From: Seison nebaliae
Lineage: Eukaryota
Reading direction: 5' to 3'
Assembly: GCA_023231475.1 (NCBI GenBank)
Contig: JALJEE010000040.1
Location: forward strand, 1-45,121
Length of the DNA stretch: 45,121 nt
In this document: piece after piece, positions 10,392 through 25,100 of the stretch
How positions within the stretch are numbered: the first letter of the stretch is position 1
Layout: every line of letters starts with the position of its first letter
Translations under genes and position numbers: made by a program
Notes under the pieces: generated by a model
Databases searched by the model: none
What the model was told of the DNA's origin: nothing
The model's input: the letters and a program-made list of their open reading frames with translations, nothing else

Positions 10392-13300
10392 GAAATGAGA
10401 ATCGAGTTGAAATTATCATTCGAATGATTCCACATTAATCCATCCGATTATCTGATTATTTCGGAGGGGGGAAGAAATGTGTTGTTGAAATGAAATGAAA
10501 TGATGTTGAAAAAAGATAATCATCTTTGTAAAAAAATTCATGAACAACAAAAACAAATTCGCCTTAAACTTCCCTAATGGTTTCCGATTTTGTTCTATTC
10601 CTTGCATTATTACTATTGACACATTTTCATTCTACAATCCAATAAATTATCTATTTTTCCATAATGTTCATTGACAGAAAGTTATGGTGAATGAATAGAT
10701 GATAATTAATTTAATCTAATTCGTTTTACTTCAACTGTTGTCCAATCTTTTTTCGAGTATGGACAAAACACTCGCTTTTTTCATCATACGGAAATTTGTT
10801 ATTTATTGATGATGTAGGAGAATAGTAATGAGGAAAGAATAATTTTCTTTTCTGGCTGTTAATCAATAACATTTCTTTTTCTCATTTCTATCGTGTGAAC
10901 GAATGTAGAAACGATTTGAGTGATATCGTATAATTATGACGGGACGGAAGATAGGCAATGCACAAGTTGTATATGTTGACACCTGATCAATCAACTGACA
11001 ATTATCAAATTAGTAATATGATAGAATTTAATACAGTGTTAAGTAGTGTAGAAAAGGAAACCAGGGAAAACATTCTTGTGAAGAATGAACATCACAAATT
11101 ATATTTTTATGAATATATATCGTATGATAATCATGACGATGATATGCAGTCGTTGGAGCTGTTATGTCTCATCTCATGGTTGTATTGGAACTTTATGTCA
11201 TGATAATAATGTTGATGTTAAGGAAGATAAACGATTAGAAGTCGTTTCTAATAAAAAAAGAAGGATGATGATATAGTTTTATTATAAGAATGAAGAGTAA
11301 TTAGTAATAGAATAATCAATGATGTCGCAATAGTTGTTATAAGTTGATGAAAATAAATGGAAATTTTCGTTTTCAACCTAATGGTAATAAAGGAATGAAA
11401 GGAAGTGGAGGAGGAAGATGTAAAATAATTTGAAAATTAATCGTTATATCCTCCAAAGTTCTCTTATCAATCATTATGAGTGTTCTCAACTGAGAACTTA
11501 TCGTTAATGTTGCTACCATTGTTTTGTTGATAGTAATGATCATCACATTCAACGAAATTTTTAGAGGATGTTCTTTAATATTTTACGGAATATCTTTTAG
11601 TAATATCTCCATTACATAGATTGAATGGATTTAATATTATCATTCTACTTTCTATCATTCTTATTATTCTTCTCATCAGAATATAAAAGGATGATTAGTA
11701 TCATCATCATCATCATCTTTCTTACTATTCTTTCCAATCTCATATTCTTATGGACCCATGTAAAATATTTTCCTGGTTCTCATTATTCTTTAAATGAAGT
11801 ACTCCCATAGTATTGCATACCAAACGTGTATAGTTCTATGTTGAGAACTGAGAAGAAAAAGGAAAGTTTAGAAGAAGAATTCACTCATGTAATAATAATG
11901 GATACTATAAATATATGTAAAATGTCTACTGCTGATATGTACATATGCACACCAATTTGGAGTAATCATGGATGGAAAAAAATATATATATGGAAGAAAT
12001 ATTTATAAAAGAACAATAAGAAAAACAGAGTGAAATTGATTATAATAATTATGATATTACTTGTGATGATGATAGTATAAACGATTTTCCTTCCAAAATT
12101 TTAAAGTAGACAACTGAAAGAAAAGAATGAGGAGTGAAGAATATTCAAAGAGCATCATATAGAAACAACAAGATAAAATGTACATATATCCTAATATTTA
12201 TATAACATTAGCTTATTACTTATGAGAAAGAAAGAGTTGTTTATAAAATGATTTAGCTTCCTTTGATGCCATTATACTCATCTTCCCATTTTTCTTTTTT
12301 ATTTCTCATTTTACCATTCACATTTTGTCCGATATCATTGAAAAAGATTTAACAATATAAGCATTCACCAAAAGCATTCCCATCCAATGCTACAAGTCGA
12401 CAGATTCGTCTGTATTTATATTGATGTTTGGAGTAGTTGCTGGTTCCTTTTTACTCCGAGCTGATACATTCGCAACTACTCATACGAATTCACTATCAAT
12501 ACATTCACCACTACAAGACTGATAATCATCCAACAAATTCTTTTGCATATGTATCCTTAAATTACTGTTTGTATTTGATTAATTTCAATCGACATTGTCG
12601 ATTCGACATCGTATAATCAACTGGATGATGACTGAATTATATTCTCGTTCATCAATTACATTCTTCGCTTTCAAATATCCTCGTCCGAATTGGAAGTGAT
12701 ATCACAACTAACGATCTTTCATTGATATATCACATAATTAAACTTCGTTGCTACATGAGTGAGCCATGTTCAAATAAAAAATTGGTCATTCCCATTTCAT
12801 TCAGATTTTATTTTTTCATAACAATGCGAATTATCGTCTTTTCGAGCAATGTTTATCATTCTTACAAAGAAAATTTATTAGTTAAATTTCTTTTATTTTT
12901 TTCCATAAATTATGAAGAAAAATCTTATGAGATTCATAAGATTGAACTTCCAGATGATGAAAATAGTTAATAAGTTCCATCGATTTAAGATTATTTTGAA
13001 TTTAGTAATCAAATCAAAAATTAACTTAAATTGCCAATTAGTTAAATCCATACTGGTTCATTAATAAAATAGTGAAATGAATAAATAATGCAAAAAAGTT
13101 GCAAGAAGGATAATATATAAAAATTACCAATACTTTTAATGGCAATTCAATTTGAATGACTCCTTAACATTTTTCAAATAAAATATGGAATAAAATAGAT
13201 CTATGAAAAATTCCAAATTTCGTTCATCCGTTTTCCGTGAGAAGATCACATTCCGTTGATTTAATAGAAGAGAAATCATATTAAATCGTAACACATTCCT

Positions 13301-16300
13301 GATGGAAAGATATTATCGATTTGCGAATAGACAAATAAGAAAAAAAATAAAAATTATTAGAAGGATGAAGGTCATATTGATTATTATTCTTCTCGTTCTT
13401 TTTTGTTGTCCCATCGTATCGATGAACGAACGGAATGCTTTTATTATCATACTAATCATATAATCATGTTTGCTTTAATCAGTTAGAGAATGAACGTAAG
13501 TATACATGTGATTTTAATAAATTCATTTTCCTCTTATTTACGATGTTCGCTTATAAATGAGTTGCAGATACGAGTCTTGTTCATTGGATGTCACTTTAAT
13601 GTAAATCTTTAACAGATATTCTTCAGACTATTGTAATATTGGTTTAGTTAATCGATGAAAGATTTCTTCCTCTTGTAACGTAAAGAAGAATATTTATTTA
13701 GCATTTCTTTCTTCGGCTCAATTCCCATATTTTTCTTTTCAACAATCGATATGTCTTTGATATTAAAAAATTACCCAAACAGTTTTTTGTTCTTCAAAAG
13801 ATTATTCTTTCTCTTGTCGAAAGAAAGGAAGAATAAAAGAATTGTTTCTTTAATAGAATAGAAAACGGAAATTTCTAGGATCCGATCACAAAGCACATAA
13901 AGTTCTGTGATCGACCTTTTCATTCACATTGTGTATTTCAGTCTAATTAAAAAAAAAGATTATGTATTTCTCTTAATAAGTATATAGATGAGTAGATGAA
14001 TTGTGCCACATAAAGAGAAATTGAATCAATTACATAACTTTTCATGTAGTCCCAGACATTTTCATATTTCCTTCCTGCCGTTATTTCCGTAAATCTTCCA
14101 CTCATCATAGCAACCACCAGATATTATTCATCATACCTGCTCGCTTTTCCATTATTTCCATATGCATATAATTCGATTTCTATAAAACTTCTTTCTAATC
14201 TAATCCAGTCATCTTTGGTTCACCTTTCATTATTGGAGCAAGCATTCGATCTTCTTTCATTTATTAACATTCCAAAAAGAATGAGTTTTCCCATTTTTAG
14301 TCATTTTTTAATTTATTACGGACATGCAAAAATTAGAAAACTCATTCACTTCTTCAACTTCGTAGAAATATCCAGATACTTCGTTTAAAGACAGTTATTG
14401 GAACATCTTCAAATGAATATCTAGAATGAAATATAATCCCTTAAAATATTATTGTTATCAAATATTGAATAATATTTTGTATTCTCAGTCCGAAGAAATA
14501 AGCGTTAGTTAAACTTTTCAACACTTTCAAAATTGAATTCAACTGAAATTGAACATTAATTTATATCTGAATTCAGATATCTTCAAATAATTCGTTTACT
14601 AAACATAATTTACAGATTCCGTATATTTTGTAGATTTCAATAAGAATTTTATAAGGATTATTATAAGACCGTCGATCTAAATAAGTTGATTTCCTCTAAT
14701 GTCAACCATGATTATTCTTTTTTTATTTATTTCATTAATTACTATTTCAATATATCGATTGGAATTTACTTAATTTTTGAATAAAATTTTATACATCATT
14801 TTAGCAGAATTATAAATTATGAATGTGAATCGATGTAAATTTGTTTTAAGAAATGAAGATTTAATTTATTTTATGTATAAAAAAAAGTAGATTCAAATAC
14901 AAGTTCAATTTTAGACCGGTTGCTCGTCCATGAATAACTCATTGTTATGTGTAATCACATAATTATGGAAGTATGCCTAATTTCGGGATAGTATGAGTAA
15001 AGTACGTCATCAAAAAAATATTTATGATGATCAATAAACTTCAGTGTGAATAGTAAAAGATTATTTGAGAGTAGTTAACGAGAATGGAAAGTACGTGGGA
15101 AAATGTGCGCATACTCATTTGAATATAGGGCGATTGTTGCTCGGTTATTAGTTAATATTTGGTTAACTTTTGTTCAGCGGAGCATTGTCATCAAATATTG
15201 GAATTGGAAAACAAAATTTCTTTATTCCATTCTCATCATAATTTGATGTGATTCTTTGAGAGAAAAACATGCAAAATGCAAACAAATCACCATTCATATT
15301 GTTATGTGAATAAATTAACTTTCCAGAAGATCCATTTCACTTATATGGTGAGAAAAGCAGATTATTTAATGAAACTCTTTTTGAGCAGTATAACAATGTT
15401 GGATCATATTATGGGAGGGAAAGTGGGGGGAAAATGAATGGATGGATGGAAGGATTAAAAAGATGATTTGAACATATCATCCAAACTCTTCAATTGGAAA
15501 AGCAATTGTTGCGAACCCTAGGGAGGATAGAAATAACAGTTATTGTGATGAAAAGGAAAATGGATATAATAAATAAAAAAAGTTTCCGTTCAAGTCATTT
15601 TAATCTTCATCTTCTATATTATTTCTTCCGTTTCTACTTTATGCGTCATCAACATATTTCGTCAATCTTTGTTGGATTGCATAATATTTATTGTTGTTGT
15701 TCAACTTCTAACGATATCCATCTATCAATCATTCATCCCTAAAAATTAAACGATTTTGTAGCCGCCCGTCATATCGTATGAACTTATAAATATCTATTAT
15801 TCTCAATTTCTTCCTCAAGACGAATTGGTTAATTAGTTTAAGTATCTTTTTTCCTTCTTTTCACCCACTACATTAACTAATATCTTGGCGTTTTGTTCTA
15901 TTTCTAATATCTCCGATTTTGATAAACATATAGACTGAAGATAAATCAGATATTATTTAACAAAGATGAGCAAATCAAGTAAATTAAGAATAAGAACAAC
16001 GATGGAAATGGTAGGGAACTGAAAGCATACATAAATCTTATTCGAATAGTTCATTCTCATTCCATTAAACATTCGCCACACTACTCTAGTGTCAATCGCT
16101 ATTAGGGTTGATATATTCGTTTTAATATGTTTAGATGGGACCACTCTATTTATTCTTACTTAAAATATTTGATGTTAATAAAATTTTCGAGTTATTTTGA
16201 CATATCTTCTTTCGATTTTCAATGAAGACATCCTCGTACTCTCCATAATTACAAAAAACACCTTGCTAACTGACACCACATGTATCACACAATTGAAGCA

Positions 16301-18049
16301 TAATTGCCGATATATATAATTTGATATAGAACTGTGATTGCTGAGTAAAGTCTAATTACTTCCAGAAATTACTACACAAGTCTCTCAGAAGAATGTTTAA
16401 TTTTTTTCCAATTCTATTTTCATTTATTTTACAGCGATCCATTTGTTAACTAAACTCATGTTAAACTATTTTGCGGCCAACAGAAAGTTTAATTGTTGAA
16501 GAAATTGGAAGAAACAAAATACTTCTCTTATTCGACAGCGCAAACTGAGGATGTGAGTGCAAACATAAATCTGAAACATTTATGAGACATTTTGAGAAAT
16601 ATAAAGAGAGAAATAAATGTGTTAAAATATTAAATCTATTTTTGTGATATTCAGAATAGGAAGATATTCTTTATTGAGATATCATCCAGATATTGCTAAG
16701 TTGATCGAATTCGAATAGGTAATTCCTGCAATAATATCAGTTTATGTAATTTTATTATAAATATTTATTCTTAATTATTAGGTATTGACGATAAATTAAA
16801 TGAAATGAATGGTTGAATAGTAAAATTAGTGTAATATAATCATACATATAAGTAAGATTGTTCAATTGGTTAAAAGTAATTAGGATGTAATTCGCCTAAT
16901 GAAAGACCACATTACTTATAAATTGTCCGTCATACGAACGTCATCAGTTTAATCTTTCTTCAGCTACTTAAAGATTAAAAGGTTAATAGCTAACTCCAAG
17001 GAGAGTTCGTCCAAAAACGTGACCTTTGACATTTCATAAACTTAATGATCATAATATATTATTATTAAACGAATATCTTCGTTTGTAAAAACAGAACATT
17101 ATTGGAATGCTTTTTCAAATTAACATTATTTTTCCGCTCACATTCCATTTATTTCGATTAAACATAACGGAAATAATAATGATTGTTATTGATTCTCCTC
17201 AAAATTCATCGTACATTCTAAGTTTGCGTTTTCGACGTTGTCCTTCAGTCGTATTCCATGGGATAAATTTCGTATTAGTTGCATCTCATATCGGTATAAT
17301 GCTTCGCTCTCCAATATGACAGGAAACAAAGAAATCAAACTAATGAAACGTTCGATGCATTTTCTAAACTTTATATTGATTGTTTACTCAATTCTCTAAA
17401 TTCTGTCAAACGTATATTCATATTGTAGACATGAAGATATATGTAGTGAATTTATTGTGAATTTAATAAATAATGGCAATGCATCTTTTATGCACAAAAC
17501 GAATAATAATTTTAAATGGAAAACTAACGAGTTTTCCTCACAGTTATAGTGTTCAAGTGCATGTGTATTTACATTTTTTCTCGTTATGAGGATGAGATAT
17601 GATAAAAGTAAGCAAGAACAATCATAACATCAGTAACAGCGGTCGCCATATTATACTCTTTTTAGTTTTTTATGCGTGAATCTGTTATAAATAATTTCAT
17701 AAGGGGAAATTTAACAATAATTTTTATTCTCTAAGATGAAGAGATGTTTCTTTCATCACTACTAATACTCAAGTTCTTGTACGTATTTGTTTTATGGAGA
17801 AAAAAATGAACCATATTTTTACTTTTCCTATTATTTATGGTGCTCCTCTTTTACGATAAAATTATTTAATGATCGTATTTTCCGTTTCCATATTTTCTTA
17901 GAATGATAATTGATAATCTGTTATTCATTTTGATCAATAATTCCCATTAACTCATGAGAAGAATGTAAATTAAAAGGATGAAGGATCGATAAGAAGCATC
18001 CTCTTTGGAAGATTAAACGATCATATTAAACGAAAAAATACGAGGGAAA

Positions 18050-19139
18050 ATGAAACGTCGAAAAATCAAACTGATGGATTGGCTTTATTATTTGGATACA
18101 ATAATTGAACGATTTTCTTTTACAACTTTCTTCCTAGCCATATTTCTCAATTTCCAGGGAATTCTTATGATAAATTCGAACGACCCAAATTTAAGGAAGA
18201 CAGGACCAAAACGAGGCTTTACCCCAAATATTCATCCTTTTTATAATTTGACGGTTTTAAGGAATCTTAACAAATATCGTTATATGTTAAACGAATCGAA
18301 TGAAGAATATGAGAAGCGGAAATATTTTGTGAATAATTTGAAGACTTTAGAAGAATCGAGTACAGCCAAAGTTCGTGAAATGATAACAAACGAACAATTT
18401 AAGCAATGTGCTACGTACTATTTCATACATTGTTACCAATGTGATTCACGCATCGAGCCGTTATGTCGCGATCCATTCAATGCTAACTTTACCGTTCAAC
18501 CATATTCGCTTCCTAACGGAACTCTCTATTTACCTGTGACGAATGATAATCCTGATGACATACCAATAACACCATCGACAACATCAAAAGCATATGAAGA
18601 TCGGAAAAATGGACGACGTAAATCTGGTGTGAATAAAAGAAGTTAGAACTTTTTCTTCTTCCATTATCATTCCATATTTCCATTCAGATGTCAACAATCC
18701 AAACTTATTGGAAATGATGAAAGCCGAAGTTGGCCAAATTATTCAAACAACGTATTCCGCTTTGCCAACTTATCTTTTATTACCTTCGATGAAGAAAAGG
18801 GAGAAAGACGAATCTGAACATCAAATTCATAAAAGAGAAACGCAAAAAATTGATACGATGAGAAGATTAGAGAATATTCGATTGTGCAAAGCGACTTGGT
18901 GCGTCAAATGGACAAGATATGATAAAGAATTGGACGAAGAATATATTGTTCGAGATTGCGCAACTGCGTACGATATTAAAATAAAGAAGCATAGCCGTTG
19001 CTTCTACCACAAGAGATATCATAATCAGTTATTCTGTCTATGTGATACGGATTATTGCAATATGGGAAGGAAAATATTATTGTCCAAACATTTCATAGTC
19101 ATTCTCACTTTTCTTCATTTCTTACTGCAATTATCTTAA
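18050..19139 (+). CDS. Quiver/Sleepless-like Ly6 three-finger protein, predicted GPI-anchored, 347 aa
   Basis: Exons 18050-18641 and 18688-19139 with a 46-nt GTTAGA...CAG intron. Ten-Cys pattern: IHCYQCDS...LCRDPF ... LCKATWCVKW...IVRDC...RC...FCLCDTDYCN. It also has an N-terminal hydrophobic segment and a hydrophobic C-terminal tail. Confidence 0.85.
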
Positions 19140-22100
19140 TAATCGACCATACAAAGTTTGATGGTCAAATTTGGTTGAACTTTCTTCATTTCCTTACCTC
19201 AAAGTTATCTTCGTTATCTTTTTTTTGTTCTTTTCCCACAAAATTTATTCGCATCTCTATCATTTATCAGAGTATCTTGATAGAAGTTTATCGTAATAAT
19301 CGATTAATGAACACCCGAAATATATCCGTTACTCTAATATTAAGATACGCATCTCAATCTAAATTTCCGGGTATGACTTTATTGAACACCGAAAATTTGT
19401 TATTTCTACCTTTTGTAATATTTAACGAATGTTTGATAAATATGCACAGTACCCATTGACAGGAACAACGAATATTTATTTCCTCAAAGATAAGTTTCCT
19501 TAATAGTTTATTCAATTTCTTTTCAAATGATGATTGTAATTAATCCCCGTGATTTCATATAATAAAGTTTTTTAATTAGATCTTTCACGTTTATATAAAA
19601 ATCTCTTCATTTAAATTATCAGCATAATAGATTCAGAGATGTAATACAATTCAAAAATTCCTCCGGGAATTATTGTTTTAAACGAATGTACAAATTGATA
19701 TTGAAAAACAATTGATCTCAATTCAATTGATTTATTTTTTATATTTCTATATTAAATTAATTTCATCATAGTTTTATTTTCGTAAGTAAACTAAATGAAT
19801 TAATTTTATTCAATTTAACTTTAAACAATATGTCGAATCGGTAGCAAACTGGAAAGTTCATTGGAAAAATAATTAATCACTTATTGACGCTGTAAATATT
19901 TATTCGTAGTTTATTCAATCAAGAAATTCATCGAAAAAATTGGGAAATTATGCTTACATTAGATAAAAATAAATTCAATAAGAAATCGGAATGAGAAATT
20001 TTTAAATGATATATCACTATTTCTTGAATGATAAATGATTCATGCACATTAGTATCATAAATTGTCATTATTGGATAACTAAACGTATAAGAATATGACT
20101 GATTCAACCGATATTTCTATGTGCTCTATTGTCTTATATATGATATGAGAAATGGCTATTGGTGAGAATGGTTAATGGATTGCACAATAATTATTGTACT
20201 TTTTTATCTAGATTAGAAGCTTTAATTATGTTTTGACCCTACTCTTAACTGGTTTCAGTTAGATGATGAGAAACCACTTGCGCATCATTTATTCCTACTT
20301 GATCTATAAAGTATTCTAAAAATTATTGTAAGTTGAAATGATTTTCCAGAATGGCATAATAAATTAATTGAGTACTATAATTACTGGAGATTATGATTAT
20401 CACATCACAACTAGGAATAAGAGAAAATGTCTCCCTAAAGAAATTTTGATTCTTGCAAATGGGTCAGCTAATATGTCTAAATGAAATTTGTTTCGTGCTG
20501 TTCGTTGATAGTGAACCTCTAGTAAATCAACATTAATTTATTCGATTTCATTTCTGACAATATTTTAATATATTGAGGAAATCTCAATAGAATGTATTAA
20601 TGTAACATGTTTTGTCGAATTTTCATACGAAAATTAAGTAATTGGTGTTGGGAGATAATCTTTTTCGAAATTATCTCATGACAATTATATAATGAAATTG
20701 CACGTTGAGGAATGTAGAGACCCCTTAACTGTCCATTGTTCTATTGCTAGGTGATGGTGAATCATATTGACGGGGGAGTTTGGATAATAAGTTGGGGAAT
20801 TTGAAAAAAAATTGAAGTATTACATGATTTCTCTACAGAGAATGTTCACACAATTACATCTTATATTTACAATGACTTTTTTTTAATCATTGTCTTACCA
20901 GTTCATGGGCAGTTCAGATATTAATCATATAGTGTGCACAACAATAGATTATTCATTATTCATAAGCATAATCTTTTATATTTACACTTCTCGAATTCTT
21001 ATTATATTTTTATTGTTCTTACATTACTGCCAACTTCGTAGTCAAATATAATTTTTTGATCGTATATTTGTAATACGAATATCATTCTCATCTTATGGGA
21101 GACTTTCATCACATATTTTTCTTGTTGTCCAAGAAAATAATATTTTTATTAACAGAGTAAGAACAAAATTCATCTTTTCAATTTCTGAATCTTAATTTTA
21201 AAAAATTAAGTGGCACAAATTAAAATTAAATTCAAATAATGTCAAATAAAATGAGAATAACAATTTTATTTTTTATTAACAAATCTAATCCTCTCGAAGC
21301 AGATTAAAGAGACAACAAGATAACTAACTCTACAAGTTATCAGTAAACAATTTGGTTTCAATAACTAATTTCATCTCATATATAATCGAGAATATAAGAA
21401 GTAATATGGAGAGCTTCATCAAAAGAATGAGGAACTTCAATCAAACCGTATACGCTACCAATAAAACTAGAACAAAAAGAATTAAAGAGAGCGAAAGAAT
21501 TATTACATTGTGTAAAATTTCTTCTTTTTGTTTTTATTTGCAGAAAGTATTTATGAATTTTATAAAAATTTTTATTTTAGACGAACATCTGATTATATGT
21601 AATCAAATTATAAATCAAGACTTTAGTAAATTAAATTATGTCACATTCATGTGTACTATATAATATTATCCTACTAAATCTACAATATACTGTTCATACA
21701 TATAATAATTGAAAGAAACTATAGTATATCTCTTAATAAAGTCGTAATCATAATATCATAATAATATCAAAATAAAACTAAATTTTACGTATTATTATTA
21801 TTACCATAATTATATAATTTTTACATAATATTCGAAGAAGTTATGAAATCTATAACGAGAAATGTGAAATTAAAATTACTTTACGATAAGTCTCGAAGAC
21901 ACACCTTTGAATCTTTTGAAACTACCAGGGGTTGCAATCTGGTATTACACCCAGTGCTTCCATTAATCCTCATTTTTTTTTCGGAGAGAAATTCATTCTG
22001 CTTTTTAGATTTTCGAGGGAACGCCCTACATAGAGAGCAATAGGAAAGGAATTCACTCATTCTTTTAGATGCCGAAAACGACATAATTAAGTACAACCAA

Positions 22101-25100
22101 ATTTCCTTTTCGAAAACCTCAGACTAGGTGAATTCTTATCCGAAGAAAAAATGAAGAGCGAATAAGAAAGAAAAATGAATTGTGCTATTTCAGTGAATTC
22201 TTCCCCGATAACGAAAAATAAACTGAATTCTTTTATAAAGTGAATTCCCCTTCGGAATTCAATTATCGCAGGATATGGTTGCCGATAGTAGAGTATATAT
22301 ACTTCTTCGTATCATTTCTCATTTCTTTCCGAATATAACAAAAGTCGCAGACACTTTAAACAACTCTAATTTCCATTATCATTTGTTCACTCTTTATTTA
22401 CCCAATCGAAGATTAAATAATCGTAATTACTATTATATTCCATACGCTTAATCTAACGTAAGTTCGGCGGCATGCTGGAGAAAAGTTAAATCAAGGAAAT
22501 TCAATGACTTTCTTTTTGCTTCCTAATTATATTTAGGGAGTGGTCAAACTTTTGCAAAATCTACGTAAAGTGACGACTATTTTTTATTATTCAACTCAAA
22601 TTCCAGTTTAGGTAATCCTAAAAAGAAGATCAAATTTCAACTTTGAAGGAATTAGGTCAATGTTTAGTTGGAAGTTAATACAAAAAACTTTACTTAAATG
22701 CTTATTATGGGAATAATTTTACCTTAAATAAAGCATATTCATTATTTAATTAATCAAAGTAGATTCTTTAAATTAATTTTAATAATTAAAAAACAACTAT
22801 AACATTAACTGTAATTATTAACAATTACTGACATATTTTTTTATTAGTTTTTTTTAAATTTATTTATTTATATATTGAAATATTTAAAATATTTATTCTT
22901 ACATTTGTTAGACATTTATTTGAGATAAGCAATCATTTTGGAGTAAGTTTTTCCTACCGTCTACCAAGTCTATATTATTGTAACATTGCACTTAAATAAA
23001 ATGAATTCCATTTTGAATAATATAAAACCTGTTTCGAACATCATGCTATATATCTTTTTTTTATGAGAAAGATCATTAGAATAATTTGAAATTATTATTA
23101 TTCAATAAGAAGAATAATAAAAATATATTTTTCATTAGATTCGGATATTCTTAGGAAAATTCGATAATAAAACTATCTTTTGGTCAATGCATGACTTATA
23201 ATAATAATCAGTCATATATTCCTGTTGTTGGAAAAAATAGTTATTATTTCATTTCGATTACCAGAGAACCATATTACGTAATTGTTTTGATAAGAATTTT
23301 TTCCCAATGATCTATGATATTCATGATAGTGTTAGTTTTAATATGTTATGCATACAGTAAAATATGGAAATTCGATTTTTGTGAAAATTGTTCGTAAATG
23401 ATCGAAAGGTAGGAAAAGGTGTAGCCTTTAGGTTTAATTGTAAATTTCTCATAATTTGATTGACAGTATATAAACCTGTCAAACTTTACACAATGAATCT
23501 TATCACGTAACAGAATGAGTGTTCAATTTCGTTTACTCAAAAAATGAATAGTTTTCCTTATTTTTCATTTTTTGTGCTTGTTACTAGTAGCTATTAGCAC
23601 TAGGGAACCTTTAGAATATTTCTCGGATGTTTTCCAGCTTATCTTCCTTTTTCCATCGTCATATTTGTAAATAATCGTAATTATCCTAAAAACCAATATT
23701 AGACATCCTTTTCATTTTAGTTTTCTCTATATAAATAGATCGAGATAATTATAGACTCTATTAAAATTCGAATAATTAACAAAATTGGCAAAATATCCCC
23801 AAATTAAAATTCTTCTCAATTAAAGTTTATTATTTCCTTTCATTTACAGAACATGGCACATTTCCCATAAAATACAATTCGATTGCCATATCACCAAGAA
23901 ACAAAAAACAATTTTTCAAATTTTCAGAAGAAGAAAAACCTGCCAAAATTTCTTATGTCCATTTACAGTCAATAAAGTTTATTTTTTTTCTCTTTAAAAA
24001 ATTATTAATTTCATTAATTCTAACACAATATGATGTACTTCACTCATATTCCCCACACCAAACAACATAGGAAATAGTTGAAAACTTAATAAGAAGCATT
24101 ATGAAGAGCTTAAACGGAGATGTAAGATTGTTGAGATTGGAGATAACATATGTACTTCGAGCGATAAAAGTAATGTTTTTAACGATTTTTGGTTGAATAA
24201 TAGAACATTTGAATATTGAATGTTTCTTATAAATTTTTCACATAGCGCATGTAAATTTCATATTATATTCAAGCGGTTTCCTAAACAACCATTTAATAAA
24301 AGCGTTACATAATCGAAATAAAGAAGGAATTATCATATATATATATGATCACGGTATAATTATATCAAAAATGATTCGTAATACATTATGTAATTATCAT
24401 TATTTTAGATAATGTTATGATGGTCCTTTTGTTTAAATATCTGAGATAAGTCTAATATCCATAACGAAGAATCACCAGCTGTCATATTAGGAAAGTCTTG
24501 GATCGTTAACTGCAATTTCAAGACCGTCTAATTAATGTGGTGTTAAAGAATCGTTAACATTCCTACTAAATACTACTAAAATGGAACCAAATTCCCAATC
24601 AGTTCCACTTTTTAGTATTATTCTTCGGAAAACACTAGTTTTCCAAAGTAAACGTTTGTTCCAAAATCAACAGATTCTCAAAAATAATATTTATCCATGA
24701 AGTTCATACTGACCAACAAATTGGAGAGACCTTGCTCCCACACAAAAATTAAGTTTATTTCACCCACCCATTGCTATTCGTTTCCGATTTGCATAAAATT
24801 AAGTGATGATTTTTCTCAATTATTTCTGCCTTCGCCAAAACTTCATCACCATTTATCCTAACTCCCAACGAAATTGTTATTAATTACTAACCGGTAATCA
24901 TAAGGGAAGAACTTTCTTCCATAATTTCTTCCGATCAATAAACCAGAGAAAATTACTCATCTGTAAATAACTATCTATCTATGTTATTCTATTATTTAGA
25001 AAAAGAAAATTTTTAAATAATAACATTAGAAATTCGTGGATATTAGTCGAACTTGAAGGGTTTATGGAAGTTCGTGGGAATCACTAATAACTTTTCCTTA

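Noticed and set aside
12330..12780. Coding-like minus-strand fragments (e.g. DDYQSCSGECIDSEFV, faintly LDL-A-like)
   Set aside because: Frequent stops, no consistent splice model and an incomplete motif; at most a decayed pseudogene and not supportable.
13878..13921. Hairpin (CGATCACA...TGTGATCG) followed by a T-run, terminator-like
   Set aside because: Eukaryotic context, no associated gene, and too short for a pre-miRNA; plausible by chance.
10416..17319. Many 60-82 aa ORFs in the intergenic tract
   Set aside because: I/F/L/K/N-biased translations typical of random AT-rich DNA, with no motifs or linked exons.
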